64,000 nt of DNA from Chitinophagaceae bacterium UBA4407 (GCA_002390845.1 DGQT01000050.1:48781-112780); one strand, 5' to 3'; positions 47,459 to 57,240 are shown, counted from the stretch's first letter. A program made the numbers and translations. Notes: generated by a model not told the origin, from the letters alone.

Positions 47459-48352
47459 ATGAGGGTGCAGGAAGCATATAAGCAACTGATGTATCAACTA
47501 TTTGAGCTGTACGATGACCGCGAAGCTGCGAATATTGCTGATATGATAATAGAACATATTACCGGCTTTAAAAGGATTGACCGCATTATCAATAAACAAT
47601 TTCCTTTAACCAAAGAGCAGGAGCAATTACTAAACAGCTATACTGTTCAGTTACTGGATCATAGACCCGTTCAGTACGTTTTACATGAAGAATGGTTTGC
47701 AGGCATGCAGTTCTATGTTGACGAAAATGTTCTAATACCAAGACCGGAGACAGAAGAACTGGTTGAATGGATAACAAGAGAAGTTGCCAGTTTAGAGTTT
47801 AGAGTTTACAGTGTGCTGGACATTGGCACGGGCAGTGGCTGCATACCAGTTGCAGTGAAGAAAAAAATATCTTCTCTTGAAGTTCACGCTTTGGATGTAT
47901 CTGCAACGGCATTAGCAATTGCTAAAAAAAATGCAGCAATACAGAAAACCGAAATCGTATTTCATCAGCTGGATATTCTGAACAAAGATGAATGGAAACG
48001 TTTACCAAAATTTGATATAATCGTTAGTAACCCGCCTTATATTAAACAAAGCGAAGCGAATGAAATGCATAAAAATGTATTGCAGCATGAACCGCATCTT
48101 GCACTCTTTGTTCCGGATGAAGATGCATTGTTGTTTTATAAAACAATCGCAGTCTTTTCAAAACAACATTTAAACAGTAAAGGGAAATTATTTTTTGAGA
48201 TCAATGAAGCATTGGGTAAGGAAGTTTGTGCCTTGCTGGAACAACAGGGCTACACAAACATTGAATTAAGAAAAGATATGCAGGGAAAAGACAGAATGGT
48301 GAAGGCTGAAATAAATATTTTAATTACTACTTTACAATCGCCACAACCTTAG
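47459..48352 (+). CDS. prmC: release-factor glutamine N5-methyltransferase
   Basis: LIPRPETE, DIGTGSGCI and IVSNPPYI motifs. The ATG at 47459 is preferred over the ORF-track start at 47417. Confidence 0.88.
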   Translation: MRVQEAYKQLMYQLFELYDDREAANIADMIIEHITGFKRIDRIINKQFPLTKEQEQLLNSYTVQLLDHRPVQYVLHEEWFAGMQFYVDENVLIPRPETEELVEWITREVASLEFRVYSVLDIGTGSGCIPVAVKKKISSLEVHALDVSATALAIAKKNAAIQKTEIVFHQLDILNKDEWKRLPKFDIIVSNPPYIKQSEANEMHKNVLQHEPHLALFVPDEDALLFYKTIAVFSKQHLNSKGKLFFEINEALGKEVCALLEQQGYTNIELRKDMQGKDRMVKAEINILITTLQSPQP

Positions 48353-48725
48353 CCCCTGCACGCTTTGCGCTTTGCATTACACGAAATACTTCGCCGTAAT
48401 AAGAGGATGTATCGGCATTTACAACAACAGAAGGCGTATCGGTAAACGCTCTTTGCTTCATTACTTCTGCACGAAGAATTGTATCGATCATGCTAATATC
48501 AATCAGCTTTTGACCAAGAAAAAGCTGCTGGTTTTTATCTATTGAAATAACAATATTCTGCTTGGCTTTTGTATCTTTTTTACCTGCCGGATTGTTCACC
48601 TTAACAATATTGGGATTGGCTAGTGTTGATACAATTAAAAAGAAGAACAGGAGTATGAACAGGATGTCGTTAAGCGAACCTGCATGCAGTTCAGAATGTG
48701 TTTTTAATCTTCTGTTCAGTTTCAT
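48327..48725 (-). CDS. exbD: biopolymer transport protein ExbD/TolR
   Basis: 132 aa with a single N-terminal TM helix (INDILFILLFFFLIV) and the ExbD fold pattern. Confidence 0.85.
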   Translation of the reverse strand: MKLNRRLKTHSELHAGSLNDILFILLFFFLIVSTLANPNIVKVNNPAGKKDTKAKQNIVISIDKNQQLFLGQKLIDISMIDTILRAEVMKQRAFTDTPSVVVNADTSSYYGEVFRVMQSAKRAGAKVVAIVK

Positions 48726-48741
48726 CTTTTGGATTGATGTT

Positions 48742-48828
48742 TAAATTCGCTTTGCTCAAAATGTTATGTTGTACAAGAGTGCGACGCAACTAAAGCTTCA
48801 TAGAATTTCCTTAGCCCGGCCAAAAAAT
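48742..48828 (+). repeat. CPIR short form, R orientation, inside the exbB-exbD intergenic region
   Basis: Inner arm TTCGCTTTGCTCAAAATGTTATGTTGTACAAGA; core lies at 48779-48789; outer arm CTAAAGCTTCATAGAATTTCCTTAGCCCGGCCAAAAAA. Confidence 0.85.
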
Positions 48829-48838
48829 TTACTTGCAA

Positions 48839-49531
48839 CTACCTTGTTGGTTCCTGTAAAATATCTACAAATTCGCTGCTCGCTATTTCCATTTTATTAA
48901 TCGTTTTATTGATCTGTGTATTCAAAAAATTATACGCCACATAAGCCAGCAAACCAATGATTAAACCAGATGCAGATGTAACCATTTTTGTATAAATGCC
49001 ACCTGCAATAGATGCGGGTGTAAAGTCGCCGGTTGAGTTAATGGTGTAAAATAATTGCAGCATACCAAAGATGGTTCCAAGAAAACCGATCATCGGCGCT
49101 ATGCCGTATACTAACGAGAGCACAGACAGGTTGCGCTCCATTTTATAGATCTCAAGATTGCCAACGCTTTCCATACTTTTTTCAATAGCATCAATTGGTT
49201 TGCCAATACGCTGAATGCCTTTATCAATCATTCGTGCCACCGGGTTATCGGTATTCTTTGCAAGGTTTCGTGCAGCGGTAAGATTGCCTGTAACAATATT
49301 GTCGCGGATGATGTTCATGAAATTATTATCGATCTTCGATGCTTTGCCAATGGCAATCAGCCTTTCAAAAAAAATAAAAATAGTTGCGGCGAAAAGCAGG
49401 TACAGCGGGTACATAAGCCAACCGCCACGTTCCAGTAAACTTAAAAGATTAAAACTTTCTGCTGCCTTTTGCGCACCATTCAGCGCGTTTGCAGCGGTGC
49501 TTGTATCAGCAATCTGTAATAAAATACCCAT
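48839..49531 (-). CDS. exbB: MotA/TolQ/ExbB proton-channel family protein
   Basis: 230 aa with 3 TM helices and the conserved APMIGFLGTIFGM segment. Confidence 0.88.
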   Translation of the reverse strand: MGILLQIADTSTAANALNGAQKAAESFNLLSLLERGGWLMYPLYLLFAATIFIFFERLIAIGKASKIDNNFMNIIRDNIVTGNLTAARNLAKNTDNPVARMIDKGIQRIGKPIDAIEKSMESVGNLEIYKMERNLSVLSLVYGIAPMIGFLGTIFGMLQLFYTINSTGDFTPASIAGGIYTKMVTSASGLIIGLLAYVAYNFLNTQINKTINKMEIASSEFVDILQEPTR

Positions 49532-49646
49532 GCTCTTTGTTTATGATTTTTGCTAAAGTATGCTTAAACACAAAACAACGGATATGCTGTGCATAAATTA
49601 TGATGCAATGTGCTTTTTGTGAAACATTTTGCAAACTATAACAGCC

Positions 49647-49931
49647 ATTTTGAGCCGGGCAGATGTATTTTAATTTGGCGTTCCTTGCGTCGCACATTTC
49701 CTCTGAAGGAACAATAACCGGCAAAGCGAAGATGGCAACATCGGTGTGACTGCTCAAAGCCGTCTGACCGTTATCCTTCATGTGCCTGTGTGTGCCTATG
49801 GTTCATGATTGATTGTACTGTTGGTTCTTCGTCGACCGTTGACCGTCGACTGTCGAATGCTGTTCCGAACGTACAAGTGAGTGACACAACAGGCGATAAA
49901 AAGCATTCCTGTAGCTGGTTACAAAATATTT
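49647..49931. mobile_element. compact CPIR doublet between exbB and the M61 peptidase gene
   Basis: L core lies at 49685-49695. The R core is the variant GTGAGTGACACAAC at 49877-49890. The outer arm ends at the M61 stop codon. Confidence 0.85.
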
Positions 49932-51797
49932 TCAGGATTGTGGCTTCAGCCATTGATCTCTTAATAAACGTTGCTGCTGATCTGCATTTTTATCAAACGT
50001 AAGTGTATTGTATTTCTTAATTGGATACTTTGTCATTTTTCCTTTCAGTTCAACCTGAGCTTCATTTCCCGATGCATCTTTGCGCATTACTTTCACAATA
50101 AAATCATCACCAGGATTTGAAGTCTTTCCAAAATCAGTAAAGAACTTGTTAGCGTTGGCGCCTGTAATTTCTTCACCATTAACAGCAATAATTTCATCAT
50201 TTTTCTGGTAGCCCATTTGCCTGCCCAATTCATTCATGCTTGTTACATCGTTTATGATCAGCCTTCCCGTTGCCGGGTTAAAACCAATACCTACTTTACC
50301 CATTGAAAACATACTGTCTTTTGTTTCAACTTCTTTTTGAAAATTTACGCCAACAATCCTAAATACATCTTCAAGTGGCAAAGGTTGGTTACCAGCAACA
50401 TAAGTATCTAAAAACTGTTTTATCTCAGGGTAAGTAAACTTTTCAATTTCACCAAACAACTCATCGTCTTTAAAGCCTTTTTGCTTGCCGTATTTGTTTG
50501 AAAGATCATGAATTAAGTTCATTATGCCGTATTTGCCGTTGGATAACTGTAGCAGTTTTATATCCAGGCACATATTAATCAATGCCCCTTTCTGGTAAAC
50601 ATTGCCAAACTGGTTTTTATAAGTACCCAATGTTCTGCTGCTCATTACTGTGAACGGAACGGTATCGTTGTATCTTGTTCTTGAATTGGTAATTTTTCCA
50701 CCTAACCTTTTAAGTAGGTCTTCAGGTGTTATCAACCCATATTTTTCCTGTACCATGTTGGCGTGATACTCTGTTGAGCCTTCGTACAACCAAAGATGTT
50801 GCGACATTCTTGGGCTGTTAAAATCAAAGAATTGTATTTCTTCTGAATGTATTGTAAGCGGTGTGATAATATGAAAAAACTCATGCGCCGCATGATCGGT
50901 AAATTCTACCGACATTTCCTCTGCTGATCTTTCAGGGTAGTAATACATAGAGCAATAAGAATGTTCCAATGCACCCTCACCATCGGAATAGCCGGGCTTA
51001 TCGTTAAAGTACACAAGAAACGCATATTTATCAACGGGTAATTTACCACCAAGGTATTTTCCCTGCGCCTGTAAAAGTGTATCTAATTTTTTTGCAAGAA
51101 ATTTCGAAGTAATTTGTTTTGTTGGCGAATACACGCTGATCAAAACATCTGTTGCACCAATCTTTATAATAGTGGTGTCCGGCGCATCGTACATAAAAGG
51201 ATTGTCAACGATCCTGTTATAAGATTCTGTAGTAAACCTGTCGTTTGTATCGCTGTTATCAAGATCAGTTAAAGCAGTACTGCCATATATATTCGATGGA
51301 TGCTTAATATTAATTTCATAAGTAACATTTTTCATATCGTCGAAATAACCAAGAAAGCAATGGTTGTTGATTACATAGTTGGTATCCTTCTGAATGTTGC
51401 TGCCTGCTGGTTCAAAGATCACCTGTTTTGTGGTGGAATCATCGTAAGAATCATTCACCAGGTAAGAGAGTCTGTATAATTTATCAGCATCAGCAATACT
51501 CCAACTGTTCACATCAATTTTAACAACAGTAAGCGCATTCCCCTTTTTATCAAAAGCCTGAAACTGCTCAATATAACGGCCGTAATCATCTTCAGAATAA
51601 GTGCCGGGAACAATCTTCGGAATATGATACGTAATAGTAGCTTGTTTAATTTTCGGCACAAGCAGCTCTATTTTTACTTTATCATCACTCACATTTACGA
51701 GGTCAATCATAAACTTATACTGGTTTGTTTTCTTTGCAAAAGAAGAAAAACAAAAAATGGTTAACACCATTACTGCCAAAGAGATTTTCCTGAACAT
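49932..51797 (-). CDS. M61-family metallopeptidase with C-terminal PDZ domain
   Basis: Signal peptide, HEFFH zinc motif with a downstream E, and a PDZ-like C-terminus (NDEIIAVNGEEI). Confidence 0.8.
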   Translation of the reverse strand: MFRKISLAVMVLTIFCFSSFAKKTNQYKFMIDLVNVSDDKVKIELLVPKIKQATITYHIPKIVPGTYSEDDYGRYIEQFQAFDKKGNALTVVKIDVNSWSIADADKLYRLSYLVNDSYDDSTTKQVIFEPAGSNIQKDTNYVINNHCFLGYFDDMKNVTYEINIKHPSNIYGSTALTDLDNSDTNDRFTTESYNRIVDNPFMYDAPDTTIIKIGATDVLISVYSPTKQITSKFLAKKLDTLLQAQGKYLGGKLPVDKYAFLVYFNDKPGYSDGEGALEHSYCSMYYYPERSAEEMSVEFTDHAAHEFFHIITPLTIHSEEIQFFDFNSPRMSQHLWLYEGSTEYHANMVQEKYGLITPEDLLKRLGGKITNSRTRYNDTVPFTVMSSRTLGTYKNQFGNVYQKGALINMCLDIKLLQLSNGKYGIMNLIHDLSNKYGKQKGFKDDELFGEIEKFTYPEIKQFLDTYVAGNQPLPLEDVFRIVGVNFQKEVETKDSMFSMGKVGIGFNPATGRLIINDVTSMNELGRQMGYQKNDEIIAVNGEEITGANANKFFTDFGKTSNPGDDFIVKVMRKDASGNEAQVELKGKMTKYPIKKYNTLTFDKNADQQQRLLRDQWLKPQS

Positions 51798-51893
51798 ATT
51801 ACACGTTTATTTGAAGCCGCAATTAAATAAATTCATTATTCACAAAAGCATATTTTTGGATGAGTAACACACAGCAAATGATTAAAGGCAATT

Positions 51894-52152
51894 ATGAACC
51901 AGGCTTTTAATTTATAATGAGGCTTTACTTGCCACGCCCGGTTCAGGGTTCTGTTTTCATGGCGACATTTAAGCGAAGTGTAGCAGCTAAATAAGCACCT
52001 ATTACTAATAGGGCCTTTCTATAATACCACTTAAACATTTAATGCATTCGATTTAATAATGCGGCTGCACAGTGCTGCATAGCATTACAACAGTACAAGT
52101 GAGTGACACAACCAAAGCTTAATAGTAGCAGCATAGTTTAGTACAAAAAAGT
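51894..52152. mobile_element. CPIR doublet: long-form L half plus variant-core R half
   Basis: The L half is ..AATGAGGCTTTACTTGCCACGCCCGGTTCAGGGTTCTGTTTTCATGGCGACATTTAAGCGAAGTGTAGCAGC. The R variant core lies at 52099-52112. Confidence 0.75.
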
Positions 52153-52168
52153 AATAGTTTTTCCGGTT

Positions 52169-52203
52169 TAAAAAAAGGGCCGCTTCAAGATTGAAGCAGC
52201 CCG
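52169..52203 (-). terminator. rho-independent terminator of the tail-fibre-like gene
   Basis: On the minus strand, GGGCTGCTTCAA-TC-TTGAAGCGGCCC is followed by TTTTTTT. Confidence 0.8.
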
Positions 52204-52223
52204 TTACATACCCCTTTGAAAAC

Positions 52224-53921
52224 TTATTTAGTAAGCACCATTTTTTTTGTGTCGGCAATTTTTCCGTCGATAATTAATGAGTACTGGTACATACCAGCGC
52301 TAAGCATACTGCCATCGATATTTACAGTGCCGGCACCAGCGGTTGTAAGTTGCATTTGCTTTAAAATTTTGCCCGTGTTATCTGTAATAATCAACTGTGC
52401 AGTTTTAAAACCCGCCGGAATATTATACCGGATGGTTGTTGCTTTATTAAAAGGATTTGGTGTGTTTTGTTCTAACCGGGTGTTGCTGATTGCAATGCTA
52501 TTGATTGCTCCGCCATCAGTTGCAGATTGACTTTGAGACAATTTATCGATTACCTGTTGCATTTGTTCAATCTGTTGCTGTTGTTCCTGCATGCCTCTTA
52601 TAAGTACCGGGATAATATCAGCATACATTACACCCAGCTTAGCAGAAGGCACTTTTGTTTTCTTGCCTGTTGTTTCGTCAACACTATATTGCCAGTCTCT
52701 TACAACTTCGGGCAATACCTTTTGAATCTCCTGTGCTATTACACCAAGTTTATCACCTTCGTCTGGATTGTTTTTCCAGGCGTATTTTACGCTACGTAAT
52801 TTCATTATTTCTTTAAGGCCATAATTCATATCGCGTATATTGGTTTTATCCCTTGCGTCAGAAGTGTTGATTGTGCCATCTACTGCCCATACATCCTGCC
52901 AGCGGTAGGTTGAATTTCCCAGGCTGTAAACATTATCTGTTACAGGCAACCAGCTTGCTGCCGTAGATAAGCTGCTGGTACCGGCATCCTGTATATATTC
53001 CGCAGTACCAATGCCTACCAAAGCGCCTAGTGTGCTACCTATTTGTAAGGTTCTGGTATTGGGGGCAGTTTGAATACCCATATTGCCTGAAAATCGCGAG
53101 GTGCCAGTAATATCAAGTATATACGAAGGTGTTGCATTCCCAATTCCTACCCTGCCATTACTAAGATTTATTGCCATTTTATTGCTGCCGTTGCCCAAAT
53201 AATTAAACTGATCTGTTGCATCATCGTACTGCAGCCCCCAGTTGCTGAAAGCTTTGGAATGGGCCAGTACCATTCTTGCATTTGCAGTTGTTTGGTCAGT
53301 CATATAGATCATTGCCGAGTTTTCGTTGGTGGCCCCAAAAGTTGGAAACCTTATTCCCTGTTGGTAATAAGTAAAAAACAAATCACCCAGACCATTAGTG
53401 CCCGCTACAGTAAGGTCAGATGAAATTTTGGTGCTGTTAAGAATATCTATTTGTGCCGCAGGCGTAAACTGATTGCCAATCTGAACATTTCCGGTACCCC
53501 TGTTTACAGCAAAGCTGCTAATGTATGGGCTTGTAACATTTATATTAAAACTGTTACCCGATTGGTCGTAACCAAAAATGGTTTTTAATGTATCATTTGT
53601 TCTTAGCTCAATGGTTGCGTTGTTGCTTCTGCCATTTAAAATCAGCAACGGTAAAAGCGAAGAACCTAACGAATCATCGATACGCGTTAGCCCGTAAAAA
53701 TTGTATTTTGCCAAAGGGTTTGTTGTACCAAAACCAATTTTGCCATCAGCTTTAATGGTCATGCGCTGCAGGCTGTTGGTGTAAAGTTTAAGGTCAAAAG
53801 CATTCCTGCTGCCAAGCAGTTCTGTTCCGGTTAAAGTGTTACCGTTAAGCTTCCAGGTTTGTGCGTTTGCGCCGCTACTTACAATAAGTATAAGAAATGC
53901 AGCAATGAAGATTTGTTTCAT
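52224..53921 (-). CDS. tail-fibre-like secreted protein with S74-type intramolecular-chaperone domain and T9SS C-terminal sorting domain
   Basis: Signal peptide and repetitive beta N-terminal region. SDARDKTNI..LRSVKYAW..GVIAQEIQKVLPEVV is a Peptidase_S74-like chaperone segment. The C-terminus NTPNPFN..TIRY..MYQYSLIIDGK is a Por/T9SS CTD. Confidence 0.75.
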   Translation of the reverse strand: MKQIFIAAFLILIVSSGANAQTWKLNGNTLTGTELLGSRNAFDLKLYTNSLQRMTIKADGKIGFGTTNPLAKYNFYGLTRIDDSLGSSLLPLLILNGRSNNATIELRTNDTLKTIFGYDQSGNSFNINVTSPYISSFAVNRGTGNVQIGNQFTPAAQIDILNSTKISSDLTVAGTNGLGDLFFTYYQQGIRFPTFGATNENSAMIYMTDQTTANARMVLAHSKAFSNWGLQYDDATDQFNYLGNGSNKMAINLSNGRVGIGNATPSYILDITGTSRFSGNMGIQTAPNTRTLQIGSTLGALVGIGTAEYIQDAGTSSLSTAASWLPVTDNVYSLGNSTYRWQDVWAVDGTINTSDARDKTNIRDMNYGLKEIMKLRSVKYAWKNNPDEGDKLGVIAQEIQKVLPEVVRDWQYSVDETTGKKTKVPSAKLGVMYADIIPVLIRGMQEQQQQIEQMQQVIDKLSQSQSATDGGAINSIAISNTRLEQNTPNPFNKATTIRYNIPAGFKTAQLIITDNTGKILKQMQLTTAGAGTVNIDGSMLSAGMYQYSLIIDGKIADTKKMVLTK

Positions 53922-54097
53922 AGTAATTTTTTTTTATTAATAATTTTTGCATGAAAGTATACCTGTAGTTATGCTCACTGCAAATGCAATTATTAAATGG
54001 CAACAGTTAGTGAGTAAACGGTATGGCATAAATGAGCTTTAGGGTTTATTTTTGATCAGTAGAAAATTGAATGTGAAGCCATTTATTAAAGAAATAA

Positions 54098-54160
54098 TTT
54101 TTTGTACCGGGCAGTGTGGTTATCAAATCAGCATTCTTGCGTCGCACACTTGTACTGCAA
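54098..54160 (-). repeat. CPIR short form, L orientation
   Basis: TTTTTTGTACCGGGC outer arm; core lies at 54137-54147. Confidence 0.8.
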
Positions 54161-54255
54161 CAATTCTTTTGAACAGTTCAGGTGCAGCTACGCTTACATT
54201 TTGCAGGGCTGGCATTCATTAACATTATTCAGCAATAAAGCCAACAGTATCTATC

Positions 54256-56247
54256 ATGCAGTTCCTGAAAATAAATATTTGCATCTTCATTTTACACGCT
54301 GCAGTTGGTGCAGCGGCGCAGGATGAAGCTCAAATCCTGCTGCTTAAAAAAGAGCTTGCTTCGGCAAGTGGCGATTCAGCAAAAGCAGTAGCCTTTGCAA
54401 AACTCGGGTATGAATACCGCAACACCAATCCGGATTCAGGTATCTACTACACAAACAGCAGTCTTGCACTTTCGCAAAAAATAAAAGATCAGGCGCTTAT
54501 TGCAAAAGCGAAATATCAACTGGGCCGCCTTTATCATACAAAAAGTAACGACAGTGCAGCAATCATCCTTTATAATGAATCATTAAAATTATTCGAGCTG
54601 CTAAAAGATACAGCGAATATGGCAACCCTTCACATGCAGATGGGTTATGTGTATTCAAGAAGCTTCCGCAATGCAGATATGCTTAAAGAGTTCCTGCTAT
54701 CGCTTAAACTTGCCGAAAGAAGTAACAACAAAGAAAAAATGTCTGATGCATTGTATTCCATCAGTGATTATTACCGGCATATAAAAGACGACAGTACTGC
54801 TGTTATTTACCTTAAACAGGCACTTGAGATCGATACACAACTTGGTAACAAGAAAAATATTGCAAGTGATTACCAATACCTGGGATTGTGTTACGGACGG
54901 TTGCGAAAATACAGAGAGGGTGAAGAATACTTGAACAAGGCACTTGTAATATTTAAATCGCTTAAAGATGATTTTCGCCTTGCCACATCCTACAGCTACC
55001 TGGCTGACCTCTACAATGAAAAGCAAGATTTTGATAAAAGCATCGAAGCTTATTTAAAAGCTAAAAATATTATGGACGCCATTGGTGCAAAAATAGAATC
55101 GGCAGATATTACTGATAATATTGCTTCCGAATTTTTAAGAAAGAAAGAATATGCCAATGCCATAAAATATGCCACAATGGGCCTTGCAGTTGCAAATGAA
55201 ATAAAGGCCCAACCTCAGTTATACTATTTATACAATACACTTGCAAAAGCCTCAGAAGGTTTAATGGATTATGAAAGCGCTTACGAGTACATGCAAAAAG
55301 CAGCCGTACTGCACGACACACTGATAGCACTTGAACAGAACGACAAACTTGCACAAATGCAAACACAGTTCGAAACAGAAAGAAAAGAGAAAGAGAACCA
55401 GCTATTAAAAGCTCAAAACGAAACAGCCAATGCCAACCTGCAACGCAACCGCATATTTCTTATTGCAGCAGTTTCAGGCTTACTACTATTGGCTATTCTG
55501 TTGTATGTTATTTATAAAAACAAAGAAGCAAAAGCGAAATACATTTCAGTATTACAAAACCTTAATAAACAGCTAAACGATAAAAAAGAAGAAATATCGG
55601 GCATTAATACAGTACTGCAGTTAAAAGCATTGCGTGCACAAATGAACCCCCATTTTATTTTTAATTGTATGAGTTCTATACAGGAATGTATCTTAACCGG
55701 CCGTGTAGACGATGCCAACAAATACCTCTCAAAACTTTCCCGCCTGTTAAGAATGGTGCTGATGTATGCAGACGAAGAAAGTATTGCACTGGATAAGGAA
55801 TTAGAAATGCTTGAACTGTATCTTGAGCTTGAATCTGTGCGGCTGAAACAAAATTTTCAATATACAATAGAGATTGATGAAACCATATTTCCCGACGAAG
55901 TGCAGGTGCCTACCTTATTGCTGCAGCCTTTTGTTGAAAATGCAATATGGCATGGCCTTCTTCATAAACAGGATGACCGGTTACTTACAGTAAAAATATC
56001 CTGCACAAATAATTATTTGCATTGCATTATAGAAGACAATGGAATAGGCAGGCAAAAAGCAGCAGAATTATTACAATTTAAAAAACGCCATCAAAGTAAG
56101 GGTTTAAAAATTACCGCAAACCGGCTAGTCATTCTTAAAGAACGGACAGGCCACCCCGAAACCGGTTTTGAAATTATTGATCTCTTTAATGCGTCACAAG
56201 AGGCAACAGGTACCAGGGTTTATATAAAACTTCCGTTCGATAACTAA
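54256..56247 (+). CDS. TPR-repeat sensor histidine kinase (LytS/YehU-type kinase core)
   Basis: Signal sequence, about 7 TPR-like repeats, one TM helix, H-box QMNPHFIFNCM, N-box FVENAIWHG. No adjacent response regulator. Confidence 0.8.
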   Translation: MQFLKINICIFILHAAVGAAAQDEAQILLLKKELASASGDSAKAVAFAKLGYEYRNTNPDSGIYYTNSSLALSQKIKDQALIAKAKYQLGRLYHTKSNDSAAIILYNESLKLFELLKDTANMATLHMQMGYVYSRSFRNADMLKEFLLSLKLAERSNNKEKMSDALYSISDYYRHIKDDSTAVIYLKQALEIDTQLGNKKNIASDYQYLGLCYGRLRKYREGEEYLNKALVIFKSLKDDFRLATSYSYLADLYNEKQDFDKSIEAYLKAKNIMDAIGAKIESADITDNIASEFLRKKEYANAIKYATMGLAVANEIKAQPQLYYLYNTLAKASEGLMDYESAYEYMQKAAVLHDTLIALEQNDKLAQMQTQFETERKEKENQLLKAQNETANANLQRNRIFLIAAVSGLLLLAILLYVIYKNKEAKAKYISVLQNLNKQLNDKKEEISGINTVLQLKALRAQMNPHFIFNCMSSIQECILTGRVDDANKYLSKLSRLLRMVLMYADEESIALDKELEMLELYLELESVRLKQNFQYTIEIDETIFPDEVQVPTLLLQPFVENAIWHGLLHKQDDRLLTVKISCTNNYLHCIIEDNGIGRQKAAELLQFKKRHQSKGLKITANRLVILKERTGHPETGFEIIDLFNASQEATGTRVYIKLPFDN

Positions 56248-56529
56248 TTATTTTGCAGCAACCTTTTTTGCTGCTTTTTTTACAGTTGCTTTTGTTGCTT
56301 TTTTTACTACCGCAGTTTTTTCCGCTTTCTTTATTACAGGCGCTTTGCTTACGTTTTTAAAACCGTGCGCTAAAATTTTTGCTGCTTTTTTTACGCGGTT
56401 CTTAAATTTTTTTTCGCCAATTTCAGCTTTAAGTTCTCCAAGTGCAGCCTCTATTTTTTTCTCTATGTCTTCACGGATTGTTTTTTTTGAAACAGTATCT
56501 GGTTGCGCAGCTTTTTTTGTATTTGCCAT
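56248..56529 (-). CDS. histone H1-like Lys/Ala-rich basic protein
   Basis: 93 aa with a KKAxK repeat-rich tail (AVVKKATKATVKKAAKKVAAK). Confidence 0.6.
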   Translation of the reverse strand: MANTKKAAQPDTVSKKTIREDIEKKIEAALGELKAEIGEKKFKNRVKKAAKILAHGFKNVSKAPVIKKAEKTAVVKKATKATVKKAAKKVAAK

Positions 56530-56587
56530 TTGTAAATTATTTCATACAAACTTAACAATAAGATAATATTGTCAATGTTAAGTTTTG

Positions 56588-56716
56588 TTTTTTTGAGCCA
56601 GGCATATGAACATATATGAAGCATTGTTGCCACGCTCGTTTCGAGGTTCTGTTTTCATGGCAACATTTAAGCGAAGCGTGGCAGCCCGTCCCGAATTCAT
56701 TTCGGGATTGCACGCT
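56588..56716 (-). repeat. CPIR long form, L orientation
   Basis: TTTTTTTGAGCCAGGC..ATGAAGCATTGTTGCCACGCTCG..CATGGCAACATTTAAGCGAAGCGTGGCAGCCCGTCCCGAATTCATTTCGGGATTGCAC. Confidence 0.88.
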
Positions 56717-56856
56717 TCAGGGGTTTGTTCGCTTATCGGCAAAAAGTGCAGCAGGCTAATTAAATTTAACCGGTTATTTCATCTAATTGGTTTGGGCAAA
56801 TGTGTACATCAATGCCGGGTAAAAACCAGGCAAAAAATGTAAGAAAAAGCTGTATA

Positions 56857-57240
56857 TCAGTGTGTAGCAAATGGCGCAAAATAGTATGCTTCGTGTGCCG
56901 AAGTATATACCTGCTGCTGCTCCATCTTAGTTGCAATTTTCTTAAGCAAGTCTTGCATCATACCAGAAAAAACAAAACCGTCTTTCGAGGTTGGAATAAT
57001 TTTTTCGCCATTGATTACTGTAAATTCCCTTTGGCCCGATACGAGTTCAAAAATTACCTGAACAATTGATGCTTTACATGAAAATTCAACAGGTTCTTTC
57101 GTTTCTGCATAGGTTAACGTACCAATCTCGAAGATGATTTTTTTTATTGCAGATTTTTTGTCTTTTGATTGCACGAACAAAGCGGCCAGTTCATTTGCAA
57201 TCTCAATTGTAGTTGCCATGATATTGGATATTGGATACAC
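56857..57240 (-). CDS. hypothetical protein
   Basis: 127-aa ORF with a GTG start at 57240 and an alternative ATG at 57219. I recognise no domain. Confidence 0.45.
   Translation of the reverse strand: MYPISNIMATTIEIANELAALFVQSKDKKSAIKKIIFEIGTLTYAETKEPVEFSCKASIVQVIFELVSGQREFTVINGEKIIPTSKDGFVFSGMMQDLLKKIATKMEQQQVYTSAHEAYYFAPFATH

Noticed and set aside
48327-48352. 26-nt convergent overlap of the prmC and exbD 3' ends
   Set aside because: The overlap is real in the ORF models, but short convergent overlaps are common. It may also depend on the exact prmC stop. It is not evidence of anything unusual.
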